The notes under the pieces are model-generated. The model searched no databases and had not been told where the DNA came from. It saw only the letters and a list, made by a program, of their open reading frames with translations. Positions 1-12,303 of a stretch of 60,536 nucleotides of DNA are shown in pieces. Source of the stretch: Schizochytrium sp. TIO01 (lineage: Eukaryota; Protista; Bigyra: Labyrinthulomycetes); the NCBI GenBank assembly GCA_004764695.1, contig SMSO01000012.1, positions 1 through 60,536 of the forward strand, read 5' to 3'. Each line of letters opens with the position of its first letter. Within the stretch, counting starts at the first letter, position 1. The position numbers and the translations under genes are program-made.

Positions 1-2
1 GG

Positions 3-604
3 AATCGCGATGGTATTTTGCGTCGCCTCACTACCTATGAGCCGGACGAGATCTTGGAGGCAATGCAACACATTGCAGCAGCAATCTCTCTTGCCAGAGA
101 ATCACGAGACCGAGACAGAATTTAAGAATGGTGAGGTTTCAAAGAAAACGCTCTCGATGTTATCGTTTGTTCGGTCTTCTCGCAAGGTCGAACCTAAAAG
201 ACGTTCTCGGATCTGAGGTTTCGCCACCTCCTCTAAAAGGTCTGGTAAACATGCCACTCTCAGTGTATTCTGACTTTTTAAAGGAACTTCAGAGCATCGA
301 GCTGCAGCCCACAGACGAGCCAGACTCTATCCTATTGACCTCACCTTTCGAGTCCGGCATTGCGCTTATTCCAGGCAAGACCAAACCTGACGGAACACCA
401 GTGTGTCATCTTATTGATATTTACTCGATGCCGATGGGTTACTATCACAGCATACTTACAGCCAAAGACCTCGAGGAGAACGACGGTCAGCTTGTGAAAA
501 AAATGATGTCCACCAACATTGAACTCATGTGGAAACTTGCACTTCAAGATGACGCCTTGCAGGATCCTGCTATGGCGTATGCGTCTTTGAACTCAGTACC
601 ATAA
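3..604 (+). pseudogene. 3' end of a 12th bZIP-cluster paralogue (C-terminal domain only, cut by the window edge); apparent frameshifts in the first ~200 bp
   Basis: ORF 128..604 'SGIALIPGKTKPDGTPVCHLIDIYSMPMG...DLEENDGQL' matches the family C-terminus (copy 10897: 'GYTCVPCEPAIDGTPRCHVILIFSAMLG...QNGSL'). Frame 3 from nt 3 'NRDGILRRLTTYEP' matches 'DGVRRTIEPF/DGVKRTVEAF'. Frame 1 'SSRKVEPK' joins frame 2 'DVL' across an A-run near nt 197-200. Could be a pseudogene or indel errors. Confidence 0.75.
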
Positions 605-817
605 TTATCACTCCACACAACACCCCAGGAAAACCAATTACAAAGGAAGGCAAAATAATAGACTAGATTATTGTACGACCTCGTATGTGCACATTGGCTT
701 TTCCAACAATTGGACAGCTCTGGAATATAGCCCCCATCTTTATTTTCTGTAACAAATTAAGGCTTTGCATGAATCAAATTTAATATTGTATAATTTTTTA
801 GCTGACTTCTCATTTTC

Positions 818-1710
818 TTAGTATCTATAAGAAATTTTGTATTTGTAGAGTAAGTCTGTATAAAGTGGTAAATATGAGATTCCATCAGTATCATAGATTG
901 CGAGGTAATCTTTGAGGTTAAAGAAAATATATTCAGCAGTAAATGTCTGATAGAACATTTCAAAGTTGTTTTCTTCCTTATCGAAGTATTTATTGAAAAG
1001 CCTTCGCCACGATTCGCTAGGAGGTTACATCTTTCTGATCCATCAATTCGTAACCTTTAATGCGAGCAATAATTTCGTTGAAGTTGCCTATCTTTTTGGA
1101 TTCAATGTCTTCAATGACTATGTCGATGTATTCGTCGAAGTCACCGCCATAGGACGCGAATGATATTTTTCAAAAACTCATCATAATGATCGTGACGGGT
1201 GCCAAACTCATTCGTATTGGATGGCGTAGTTTGCCATCTTAAATTTGTGGCAATGTGATCTGGTGGAGCGTGAAGTGGTAAAATTGAAGTACATTTGGAA
1301 ACGGATTCGAAGCAACTATTAATCATGCAATAAACGTGGGCTGCAAACTTCATTAACCATAAGGAAATTATCAAGATTTGGAAGTCCTAATTTCTCTTTT
1401 GTGTGGTCTTTTGTGGTTGCCCAAACCATAATCATAGCTTCAATGTGTTGTAGCTCGCTTAGAATGGATTGGAGACTAACATTTGTTGGCATTCTTTCGT
1501 CGTTGTCAATATGTTGGAGATCAGATAATGTATAAAAGATGATATTGAGGATCTCCCAAAATTTTGAGACTGTTAAATTATGGAGAATAATTTGTGAAAA
1601 CTGATTTGGAAAGTAGTGTTTGGTTAAAAGCTTCTCAATGCATGTAGAATGGAATGTAGTTTGTCTATATCTTTAAGAGGTGCGAATATTTTGCGGAACC
1701 CAGAATCAGA
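818..1710 (-). pseudogene. Frameshifted AT-rich coding remnant, unknown product
   Basis: Manual minus-strand translation gives consecutive protein-like open segments in changing frames ('...IEKLLTKHYFPNQFSQIILHNLTVSKFWEILNIIFYTLSDLQHID...', 'FASYGGDFDEYIDIVIEDIESKKIGNFNEIIARIKGYELMD', 'SWRRLFNKYFDKEENNFEMFYQTFTAEYIFFNLKDYLAIYD...RY*'). Confidence 0.5.
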
Positions 1711-1844
1711 CCTTGATCAGTTGTTTATTTTTGAAAATCGCGTAAGTCAAAGGTTGTGCAGACAGGCAGAGAGGTAGAAGAAGAAAGAGAGAAGAGAAGA
1801 GCTATTCTAATAGAGCTTGACGAGAGACATCATGGGACGAGTTA

Positions 1845-3560
1845 ATGAACCAAAATTTGACATTCAACAGACCCGAATCTAACTTTGACAAGATGGATCA
1901 GTCGGTTCAAGATTCGATTTATCGATTACCTAGTGTCAGGAATACAGAGCGAGATTGGATTTCTAATGTTGTTACTTTCATTGAAGATATAGAACCAGTA
2001 TATGCTTCAGATGCAGAACTCCGTGATGCTCCTATTTTTGTTGCGGAACGCTTCTTGCGCAATTTGTCTGCTTCTACAGAAGATCCTGAGTATTTTTTGA
2101 CCCTGAATGACGTTTTTCCCATGACTTTGAAAGACCGTATTGTTTGCCGGCCTTCGCCAACTTTTGACACTGACTTCCAGTATGTGATTTCCCCTCTGAC
2201 AGAAGGTTCTTTCGAATCGGTAGAAAGGTTTATTCGTGGTATCTATAATGGCGTTGGTAGTCCGCAGGTGATGGATCTTGAGACTTTTTTGACGCAAAGG
2301 ATCACAGACGGATTCTGTTACGCATGGTGTTTTCTAGTTACACATATGGTGTTTGCTCCAGTTGATTTTACTAATGCTAAATCCAAAGTAGGATTCAGAA
2401 GAGTATTTGGAGAAGCTTCTGATGAAACTTCTTTGCGTGACAGGTTTGACATCACTGCCAAAAGTTTTGAACCTACTCTTCTTTTCGATCGATTTGTGAA
2501 TTTCCAAAATTGTTCAGGCGAATTTATGGGGCAAACTTTGTTGCGCTTCGCTAGTTTTATTGCTAAATATGATTAAACTGTCACTCGGGAACTTGCTGTC
2601 TTTGGCGATCCGATAGAATTTGATGAGGGTGACTCTAGAACATTATCTGAAGCGCTCATTCCTGTCCGGCTGACTTCATTGATAAGTCCTTACTTTGAGC
2701 ATGTTGAAATTTTATCGACTAGAATTCTATTACTCTGGGAAATGCTGTTTCCCCCCCCCCCAAATGTAATCGATATATTGTCTCATTCAGTCCGCAACGA
2801 TTCAGTTGAAGCTCCATGGTCCTTGTCTCGTTATGCACAAATGGTCATCGTCATAGGTCAGCATGCTAATGCTCTATTGTACTTGATGCTTTCTCCGCGA
2901 AAGAAGCAATTTTGTATTCAATTTACCTCCGTTAGTCTCTTGCAGCGCACTCCTATCGATGAAAGTCTTGATCGAGAAATTGAAAACTATGGTAAGGGTA
3001 AATGGAAGAGACAAGTGTTAGATGTGAAACAATTGATTCCAACTAGTTCAATAGTTACTGGTTTTACATTGAATTATGATTCCTCGAAATTAACCACTAT
3101 TGAGCGTCATTTCCTTTCCATTTTATTGCAAGTTTGGTTGTTTTATATTGTTCACATTTTGAATCCTCAAGTCGATGGTGGGAACTTGTTAGAAATGGAA
3201 AAGTTGAAATATGCTTTTAAAAAGGCGTTTAAATCAGACAGATTTAAGATGCTCTATAGGTTCAGGAGAAGTGCCTTTTCAATATATAGTGAAACAATTC
3301 ACTTTATGAATTCACTAAGGTTTAGCTGCTGTTGCGATTGCTACAGCTACTACTGTTCTGCTTATCCTGCTGCTTGGCATAATCATGAATGTCCGCTTTC
3401 CAAAATCAGTTCATCGAGGTTGGCAGTCACCCGCACTAGGCTATGCACACCTACGATAGGGGCCCACCAAAATGCTCAAAGGCTGATGGTCCATAAACAG
3501 TTGACAATGTTGAACCACTCATGCATATATGCATTCGCCCTCCATCCAATCGCGATTTGA
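1845..3560 (+). pseudogene. Hypothetical protein gene interrupted by one in-frame TAA (2574-2576)
   Basis: ORFs 1845..2576 and 2679..3560 share a frame, and the 34 codons between them (TVTRELAVFGDPIEFDEGDSRTLSEALIPVRLTS) are open. No recognisable domain. Confidence 0.55.
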
Positions 3561-4405
3561 TTGGTTTTATGGTCACAAAGTATGCGCAGTGTATTGAGCT
3601 CTTTTGAAGAGTTGGACATGCCAGTAGTTACTAATTAGCTCCTTAATAAAATCACTGTACCCACACCAAGGCTCCTTCTATCTGGGGTTGTAAGTAAGTT
3701 GGCAAAACCAGCTGTTGCCTCCTCCAGGCCAAGTCTCGATGAGCTTTGTCTTCAAAGAAATCAATGCTTGCTCTCTCGAACTCCTCCAGCGAATGCTGTC
3801 AGTTTCTGAATTACAAATGAACAAAAAAAATGGACGAAGAATACTTGTTGATTTCGGTAGAATACAGGAAAAAGTGGTAGAATAAATGAACAATTAAATG
3901 AACGTGCTTCACAGAACACGCAGCAAACCAAATGACACTTTTCTTCTAGTGCGTTTTTTATTGAAGCAAACCTGGTTGACACTTGTCGTGAATAAAGCAC
4001 GCGTGAGAGAGTGTCCTTGGCCTGCGGTGAGGCTGTAGATGTTACTGGTAATTTGTTTTCAAGTGGTCCCATACCGTCTTGGTTTGACCTTGTTTTAGTT
4101 TTGCCTTGTGAGCAAACTCTTGTTCTTTCTATAAAACTATTGTTTTACATAGAAAGGTGGTATATATAAAAATTTGATGTGCTTATGTTACAAAAAGAAT
4201 TTCAATAAAAGTTCATCGCAGCGCCAAAGCGGGATCTCTCTCTCCAAGCAACTGTTGTAGGACATTCTCGCGAGCAGCTTGCTCGCTTGCTGAAGCACTT
4301 GCAGATCCTTGCTAGTCTGTGTGCAACTGGAGTGAGGCATGAGCAAGCAAGGCCCTGCTGCGAACTGTTTATCTTGCAATAGCAGTGGCAAAGGTCTCGG
4401 CAACA

Positions 4406-6040
4406 ATGCAGCGGGAACAGCAACAGCGGGAGCAGCAACAACGACAGCAACGTGCAGCAACGAGCAGCAACGGCAGCAGCAACAGCATCAGCAGTCAGAG
4501 CTTTGTTGCGCTAGGGCAGCCCTGGCCAGCGAAAACATATAATTCATTTACGAGAATGGTGGGCCTGAATGAAGGCGAGATTGGAAAACAGGTCATTGCG
4601 GAGATTGAGACAGGCGTGCACATGCCGGAATACTTCAGGCCTCACGCTGATGATGATGGGGAGCACTCGCACGAGAAACTACAACATACGGGCCTCCAGT
4701 CTCTTTTTGCAGGAAATCAACCTGAGGCTACAAGCCACGATTCCGACGAGATCAAATGGTCTAAACTCAATGGAGACATCGACGGATTGTTGAGAGCAGA
4801 TCTTGGCGCCCAAGAAACTCCTGTATCTTCGAAAGTATCAGATTCGCGCAATGCAGATGCATGCCGTCGTAGTCGGCTTAAGCGAAAAGCTGATATCAAA
4901 GACTTAAAACATCGCAACGCAGAATTAGAGAGACGAAGAGAAATATACTTAGAGCGAATTGCACAGCTTCAAGTGGAGGTTGACGCGCTAAGACATGCTA
5001 ACTGTATTGACGTCGCAAAAGAAAATGAACTTCTCCGCGCTGAGATTGAGAGACATAAAAATTTCATCTCGCGCATCATACATGCCATGGATGAGGCACC
5101 TAATATGGTTCCTGAGGAGAGAGTTCGGCTCTTGAAAACAGGTATCGAAAGTGCGCAAAGTCAGGTCATAGGCATGCTCTACACGTCTACTTGTTGGCAG
5201 CCCATCTCACCAATCAAACTAAATGGAGGTGTTGAAATTCTTTTCTATTATCAATTTTTACCTGTAAATGCGGCTCCTCATGAAATAAAGCGATGGAACA
5301 TGCGCTGCGAGATTTATAATATCAATGTCCCGCCAGCTTATTTAAATTCTGAAGCATGGAAGAAATGCGGCGATCTTGAAACCCTTCGAAGGCTAGAGAA
5401 AGACCGTTCCAGTCTCGATGGGGTTCGTCGAACCATCGAACCGTTTCTGGCTCCGGCGTTCCAAGAGGCCCGAGATATGCTCCCGGGCCATCTTGAAGCA
5501 TTTCAAATAACTGAAAAGCATCCTCTCTCGAAGCGTTTGCCTTCTGGTGTATATCCTCCAGATGCGTCTGTTCTGCGCTTTTGGGTTGCCGCCACAATGC
5601 GTGAAAATGAGGTGTACCCTCGTTCATTCATATGTGCAGAAAGATCAAGGTCAGATTGTGTGAAGACCATTTCTGCGGAGTTTTCTGATCAGCCTATCAA
5701 ATGTAAGATTACGACCTATACAGAAGTTGGGCGAGCGTTGGTGAGCGCAGGCATTGTTCCTTCGCAAAAGGACGTCCCGAACGTTCGTCATTTAAACTCA
5801 TCGGCTCTCTCAGGGCATATCGTCATCCCGTCCAAGCAGGGGGCGTCATGCCATGTAATCTCTGTCGGGTCCGTTCCCATTGGTACTTTGGGTACAATCG
5901 GAAAGCCAGAGAATCTGGTCAATCATGATGGCTCTCTAACGAAATCTTGCTTAGAGCATCTTCGTTTTCGCACCAAGCTTTACTGGGAGGATAGCATAAG
6001 AGTTGCGCGTTTGCGTGCGCAAGACGGCGTATTACAGTAG
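4406..6040 (+). CDS. bZIP transcription factor with putative START/SRPBCC-like C-terminal domain (copy 1)
   Basis: Basic region RNADACRRSRLKRK, heptad leucines, 'KENELLRAEI' and the family C-terminal motifs. First in-frame ATG is 4406; alternative ATG at 4556. Confidence 0.9.
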   Translation: MQREQQQREQQQRQQRAATSSNGSSNSISSQSFVALGQPWPAKTYNSFTRMVGLNEGEIGKQVIAEIETGVHMPEYFRPHADDDGEHSHEKLQHTGLQSLFAGNQPEATSHDSDEIKWSKLNGDIDGLLRADLGAQETPVSSKVSDSRNADACRRSRLKRKADIKDLKHRNAELERRREIYLERIAQLQVEVDALRHANCIDVAKENELLRAEIERHKNFISRIIHAMDEAPNMVPEERVRLLKTGIESAQSQVIGMLYTSTCWQPISPIKLNGGVEILFYYQFLPVNAAPHEIKRWNMRCEIYNINVPPAYLNSEAWKKCGDLETLRRLEKDRSSLDGVRRTIEPFLAPAFQEARDMLPGHLEAFQITEKHPLSKRLPSGVYPPDASVLRFWVAATMRENEVYPRSFICAERSRSDCVKTISAEFSDQPIKCKITTYTEVGRALVSAGIVPSQKDVPNVRHLNSSALSGHIVIPSKQGASCHVISVGSVPIGTLGTIGKPENLVNHDGSLTKSCLEHLRFRTKLYWEDSIRVARLRAQDGVLQ

Positions 6041-9000
6041 AGTTACATCTACTACAACGTGCTTCTTTTTTCTTTTCTTTTTTTCCAATTACTAGCTGTC
6101 CTGTTTGACATATTTCGTTTTGTGCAAAATTTTGTGGGAAAGGTCTCTTTTTCTTTATTTCTAGGCCACATGTATATTGCGCTATTCGCTACTGCTTATT
6201 CGCTTTGCATGGTTTTGCATGGTTTGTCAACATATTACATTAGTATAAAGATACATGACACTCGAACGAAAAAATCCACCAGTCTTGGATTTTGCATATT
6301 GTTTGGGTCTGTTAAATAACTTGATATATCCTGACTATCATGCTTCTTTCTTAGAGTATTTGCAAAATCATCTCAAGGTACTTGGGATTGTCACTCTTGT
6401 AGCACATTTATATTATTATTAGTCAATTCGCTGTTTTCCACTCCTTCTTTTTCTTAACACGATGTTCATTTGACCTCTCTACAACACATTATAAAGATCT
6501 CTTATCTACAAATGATACATTGACTAACATAAAATGTTTTTGACACATTGAGCGGGGATCTTCTTTATACATATGATCAATCAGGTATTCCTCTACTTAA
6601 CACACTGTAGAAGAAGGAGGAGGAACCATTGTCTCATGGTAAGTACCTACCATGGTAAGTATAGATGTGGAGGTATATAGTAGTAGTATTTCCCCCCAAC
6701 CCTCATCCTAGCCAGGTTCAAGTTTCTAACCTGGTATGCACAGATTTCTAAAAACCAAAACTGCACTGACTAGGTACGTTAGTATAGTCTACTACCCGAC
6801 CCCGACTCCCATCTTAGGTGCAGTTGCTACCGTTTCTACCGTTGCTACTCTTGCCGTTCCTGTTATGCCTGCTTTTGAAACCCGAGGCCACTTCACGTGT
6901 TGACAGCGCTAGAGAGGCACCAGATAACAACAGCTTTCATGGAGACATTGGCCAGCACGCAGTAGTTCAGTTCAGAGAGTGTTTCTTGTGACACCAATCG
7001 TTCTGTCCCTGATGCTGCTGAGAACTCAGCTGCAACGCTGCCCGTTGCTAAGTGCAAATTGATTTGCGCATATTTGTGCCAGCCGTGACCAAGTCTACGA
7101 CCTTTGCATGGCCACTCCGGAAGAGTCTTCTTCCACATCTAACTGATGAGAACCCGCTCCGCATCTAGTTCTCGAGCACTTGTGGGCTTACAGCTACTTT
7201 TTAAAGAGAGTGAATCCAACGACCATCACTCATGGCCTGCAGCACTCAGGCCTATTGAGCATATTCTCTCTGCAAGCTCTGATCGCTGTGAAGACATAAA
7301 AGCTAGGGGAAAGGGGGTTTGCACGGGCGTCTCTCCTTTATAGCATGGGTTTGTTGCAGGACTGTAGAATCTAACAACCCCTCGATTAAGCCCAAATTCA
7401 TTTCACTGAAGCTGCACGGACGCCTTATCTTGTCTTGTCTTGTCTTGTCTTGTCCTGTCTTGTCTCGTCTGCGTTGCAAAGCACGCATGCCTCTTCATGC
7501 ACCTCAACCCATGTTGTGTCCGCACAAGCCAATCACACGACTCCATAAAACGGGAGTGAGTGTGTCAAGAGTCTGGAGGCTGACATGAGGGAGTCTTACC
7601 GTATAGTATTGATAAGGCGCGATGAAACACAAGCGTCCACCCTGTTGTCCCACTATGTGACAAAGACAACTCAGGGTTATGAAGCTCTGTTCGATGTCTT
7701 CAGAGGAGTACAACTGTAGTGCAAAGGTGCTTTCGCTCGTGTAAAGCAATTCATATACCTAAGACGTCGTACGTGAATATATAGATATCTATATATAACT
7801 ACTCACTGCACGCGTCTCAATTTAGTGCAATGCGGACCAATTTGACCCCGAGAGACTCCTTCATCATGCGCGGACGCCTCGAACGACGCGATTAAACCAT
7901 CGATCAGCAAATTTGATTTGTATAAGATCTCTCGCAGGATGTCACAACTTGTACACTCGACTTGTACACTCGAAGCACAAAGGAAGAGGTTTTCCGTTGT
8001 CTTTCTGTTCTTCCCTTCAAGTTGTTCCTGTGGAGGTAAACAGTATCACTTAGGTACCTACACAGCGCAGAGTGAGAGAAAGTACAGTAAATCGCGCTCC
8101 TTCATGTCCCCCAACCGAGTCCACGCCGTCATGCTTGTCAACAAAACCTGCATATCGCTCACCCTCGCTAGCTGCCATTTCGATTGTTGTCTCCGTCCAT
8201 TCAGAAAGCAGCGTCGTCGATTCTTTCACTCGAACCTGACCTGATAAGCTTTCGATAATCTCGTAACCTTCGATCCATCCCATCGGAGCTGCGGAGACTG
8301 AGTGACCTTCGTTCCTTTTCTGCTCCGCGTTCTTCAATCGAGTGTTCTCTGGCGCCAATACTTTCATTACCCACTCAATCACTCATTCACTCATTCACTC
8401 TTTCCTTCCTCTGTCCATAATGTGATGGCAGAAATATGTGCCTTTATAAAAAAAAAAAAAAAAAAAAAAAAAAGACTTGAAGAAATAACTAACTAGCATG
8501 GATATGCACAGCCTACATAATTACAAATTACTTTTAACCAAAGCAGCACACAGAGCGAAACTCGTTCATTTCAACGCCAAGCTCATTTCTCGTGCACGAG
8601 GTATGCAGGACCGCGTCCAGATGGGGCTGGCTGTTCCTTCTCGTGGTTCTGTCTTGAGGTTGAGATTGCCAGGCCATTTCGAGGCACGCGGAGCAAGTCT
8701 TCCCCACAACAGCTGTGACTGAGAACAGAACTGAGTTCGTTCCCGCCTGAGCGACGACTCCACTGCCCCTACCGCTGCCTAACTAGGTGCTACTGCCTTT
8801 CCAACGAGTCTACGATCAACTTCTATTCATTCATTTAGTTTTAAAATTAATTTATTTAGTTTTAACATTCATTTATTTATTTATTTATTTATTTATTTAG
8901 TTTATGTATTTAGTTTATGCACTTAATTTATCTGTTTCCCCCCGAAGTCTTCGATTTCTTCACGAATTCGCCCATGAACTTGAACATCGCCAAAACCCAT

Positions 9001-10896
9001 TCGCTCGCGCACGTTCTCGTTTTAAAAGGCGCCTTAGAAGAAGAAGAAGAAGAAGGAGGAGAAGAAGAAGAAGCCAGCCACAGCTTCCTCCCTCCCCACA
9101 GAAGGTTTTTCTTGGTCCTGCTCGCGGATAGAAGCAAAGAAATAAAGTACTGAACGCGTCTCGAGCCAATCAAATTGAAAAGGCCGCTCGTCTCCGCTCG
9201 GACCGCCCTCCACAGATGAAGAAGTCTCGTGTTGATTGAAGCGGCGAGGAGGACCGCGCGTCGCGAAAGCGGAGGCTAGCTAGGTTTCAAGCTAGGTTCC
9301 ACGGGCGCGAGGGCGATTGGGCAAGTGGACTGACTGATTGACTGACTGACTGACTGTTAAGGCTCCATAAGTATTTGCAGCGGCAGTAAAGTAAAGTTCA
9401 AGTTTTAATGACCTTAGTTTTTTATTAAAATAAAATATTAATTTGTTGTTGATTTTAACTAATTGACAATTAAAAAACCAATATCGTATTGAAACAAAAA
9501 AGTAAAAAAGTAAATGAATAAAGTAAATGAATAAAATAAACATATTGTGAACTTTTTCATCTTCTTTGAGATGACAGGCGAACTGGGCATCGAGATGGAA
9601 ATAAATGAAATAAGCAAGCTCTGGCCTCACTTACTTACGTATGCTTCCTGACGTGAGGCAAACCAGTGCTGACCAGATAAATCATTTGTGAAATTGGGAA
9701 GAAGAGACCAAGGTTGCTTGTAAAAGGGCAATCTACAACATGAATGAAATGCACACTGTTCACTCACTCTCTATCTAAGTACGACTACAACGTCCTCTTC
9801 TAGCTCGGTAACGTGCACTTTGGCGCTCACTTCGCGTCTCGCGGCTGCAAGTGAAACAAATAAGGTGTTACAAGTGAACTTTTATTCGGCACAAGTAGAG
9901 TATATGCATGTAAAGTGGAGTATTAGCCAGAACAAGTGCAGCAAACGGTCGCCTCGCCAGTCTCCTCTGAAGAGAAGAGACGGAAAGGAAGTTGGATGGT
10001 TTAGTTAGTGAGTTAGTGAGTTAGTTAGGTGATGCAAGAAAAGAACGGTCGCTCGAATGGGACAAAAGAACTCAGAGTACCAGCTGCTTAAAGTTATTGG
10101 GTGATGTGGTGGTAATCAGCGTTGATGTCAGGTACAGTGAGGGAATGGAAGGCGGCCATTTCGAAGAGCTAAGCCTTTGGTGACTTGCTTTAATTGCCGT
10201 TGTTCGCGTGGACCATAAGTTGCTTTTCATGTTTTTGTTTTTGTTTATTTAAAACACCTTTTTTTATAATGTGTAACTATAAATAAATTTTAGAGAAAGT
10301 TTATTTATATCGAAGTTCAGGCACATAGCACATATAATGATTGTTGTTATTCTTTGGAAAAGATCTCTGAATGTGATTCCTATTTTGGTTTAACCTGTCG
10401 CGATCGCTGAGCACTCACGAATTGTATGTTCAATCCATACTTGAGAGTACCTCTGCGCAGGTATACACGTGTTTTGATGATTCCTTCGAATGATAACTCC
10501 GAGCTGGGCTGGAATTTTGACAAATCATAACTGGTCATAACTCCCTTCTTTCATTTTCTGATAGAAAACTAAAGAGAAACTTATTGTTTCTTTGTTTTCT
10601 TTCTAATGCAGAAAAGAACACAAAAGGAATTAGAAAGAAACCACGAAAAGCAAAGCCGCAACACTTCCGAAGAAGACGCTTCGCTGCAGAACACTGCCGT
10701 TCGCGCGGTCACGCGGCCGGGAACTCCGGAACTCGCTGGGGAGGGGCTTCGGAGAAGCCCTCGCACCAATTGTCCTTCGTCCTCGACCTCTTTGACGGCG
10801 AGTCTTGCTCTCCAAGTCTCGTCTTCGTCATCTTAGTCGTGTTCTTTGCCAAAGTAGGTCTCCAGCCTAAGTTGACATAACCTTGGCGCCAAGGAG

Positions 10897-12303
10897 ATGT
10901 TTGCGAATGGCTATGAGGAACGCGTGGGCGTGAGGGACTACGTTTTCGCTGCTCTGGATGAGTCAAGTGCCATCGCCTTCCTCGACGATCCCTGGTTGCA
11001 CGCTGCGAGACCAGAGGATGCGGCAAGTCGATCGTCAGGAGCACACAGCAAGTCTAGCAGCGAAGATGCTTCGGGACTCACGAGTTGTGTGCAAATTGGA
11101 AATGCTGAGGACGATGACATTGACCTTGGTGGTACCCAAGGTGATAGGCAAAAACGTAATGCAGAGGCCTGCCGGAAAAGTCGCCGGAAACGCAAAGCTG
11201 CAATGGAAAATCTGCGTAAACGCAACGAAGAACTAGAAGAGGCTCGTGACGTCTATCTCGAGCGCATTGCAGAGCTGCAGCTCGAGCTCGGGTCGCTTCA
11301 ACACGGAACTAGCGTGGACATCGCTCGGGAAAATGAATTGCTTAGGGCCGAGATCAACAAGCATAAGGCATCGATTGCGAGAATCTTAAGAGCCACACAG
11401 AAAGCCCCAGAAATGCTGCATGAAGAACGAATCAGGCTCCTAGAAACCGGCATTGAAAATAGTCTTGGGCAAATCCTTGGACTCACACACGTATCTTCAG
11501 GATGGCCAATGCTGCCTGTGTACAAGTCAGACCTCGGCATCGAGGCATTTGCACGACAGCAGTTCTTTCCGGAAAACGTGCCTGTTGACGAAATGAAGCG
11601 CTGGAGTGCTCGAATCGACTTCTGTAATTTGCCTGTCGAGGCAAGAGATCTTCATGAACAACTCTGGAACGCAGAAATTAATCCTGAAGAAAAGAAAAAA
11701 ATCCACGAGGGTGATTGGTGTGATGGTGTAAAGCGTACTGTCGAGGCATTTCCCGTGCTTGACAACCAGCCCGATATCAGGAGGGCTTTTGGAAATCGGC
11801 TGGTGTTTACCAAGTATACTGAAACCGCTGCAGATGACCCTGGCCCAACTGACTTTATCACCATGCGTTGCAGTAACACAAGGGCAACGAAGGTCCTCGT
11901 ACCACGCGCGATCCTCCCAGACGATCAGGAGTGTCTTCCCTTGCAACAGGTATATGATGAGCAGCCTGAGGGCACGCGCAGTTGTTATGTAACTTCAACA
12001 ACAGAATTCACCAAAGACTTGCTTCGCGCAAGACTTTTGCCGACCGTCAATGATTATTCAAAAACTGGTCTCATCTGGGGATACACCTGTGTTCCATGTG
12101 AGCCTGCCATCGATGGCACCCCGCGCTGTCACGTCATTCTCATCTTCTCTGCAATGCTTGGCCACCTGAGCCACATGGATGGTGCGGAACATCTAATGCC
12201 GCAGAACGGATCTCTCCCGCCAAACTGGGAGCGTTTCATGGACTATAATGTTGCTGCAATTCATGATCGAGTCTCAAAGGTGTTTGAAATTCATCAGATG
12301 TAA
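10897..12303 (+). CDS. bZIP transcription factor with putative START-like domain (copy 2)
   Basis: 468-aa ORF with RNAEACRKSRRKRK, zipper and conserved C-terminal domain. Confidence 0.92.
   Translation: MFANGYEERVGVRDYVFAALDESSAIAFLDDPWLHAARPEDAASRSSGAHSKSSSEDASGLTSCVQIGNAEDDDIDLGGTQGDRQKRNAEACRKSRRKRKAAMENLRKRNEELEEARDVYLERIAELQLELGSLQHGTSVDIARENELLRAEINKHKASIARILRATQKAPEMLHEERIRLLETGIENSLGQILGLTHVSSGWPMLPVYKSDLGIEAFARQQFFPENVPVDEMKRWSARIDFCNLPVEARDLHEQLWNAEINPEEKKKIHEGDWCDGVKRTVEAFPVLDNQPDIRRAFGNRLVFTKYTETAADDPGPTDFITMRCSNTRATKVLVPRAILPDDQECLPLQQVYDEQPEGTRSCYVTSTTEFTKDLLRARLLPTVNDYSKTGLIWGYTCVPCEPAIDGTPRCHVILIFSAMLGHLSHMDGAEHLMPQNGSLPPNWERFMDYNVAAIHDRVSKVFEIHQM

Noticed and set aside
8050-8382. 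110-aa minus-strand ORF with protein-like composition
   Set aside because: No recognisable motif, and its start lies in a simple repeat, so support is insufficient.
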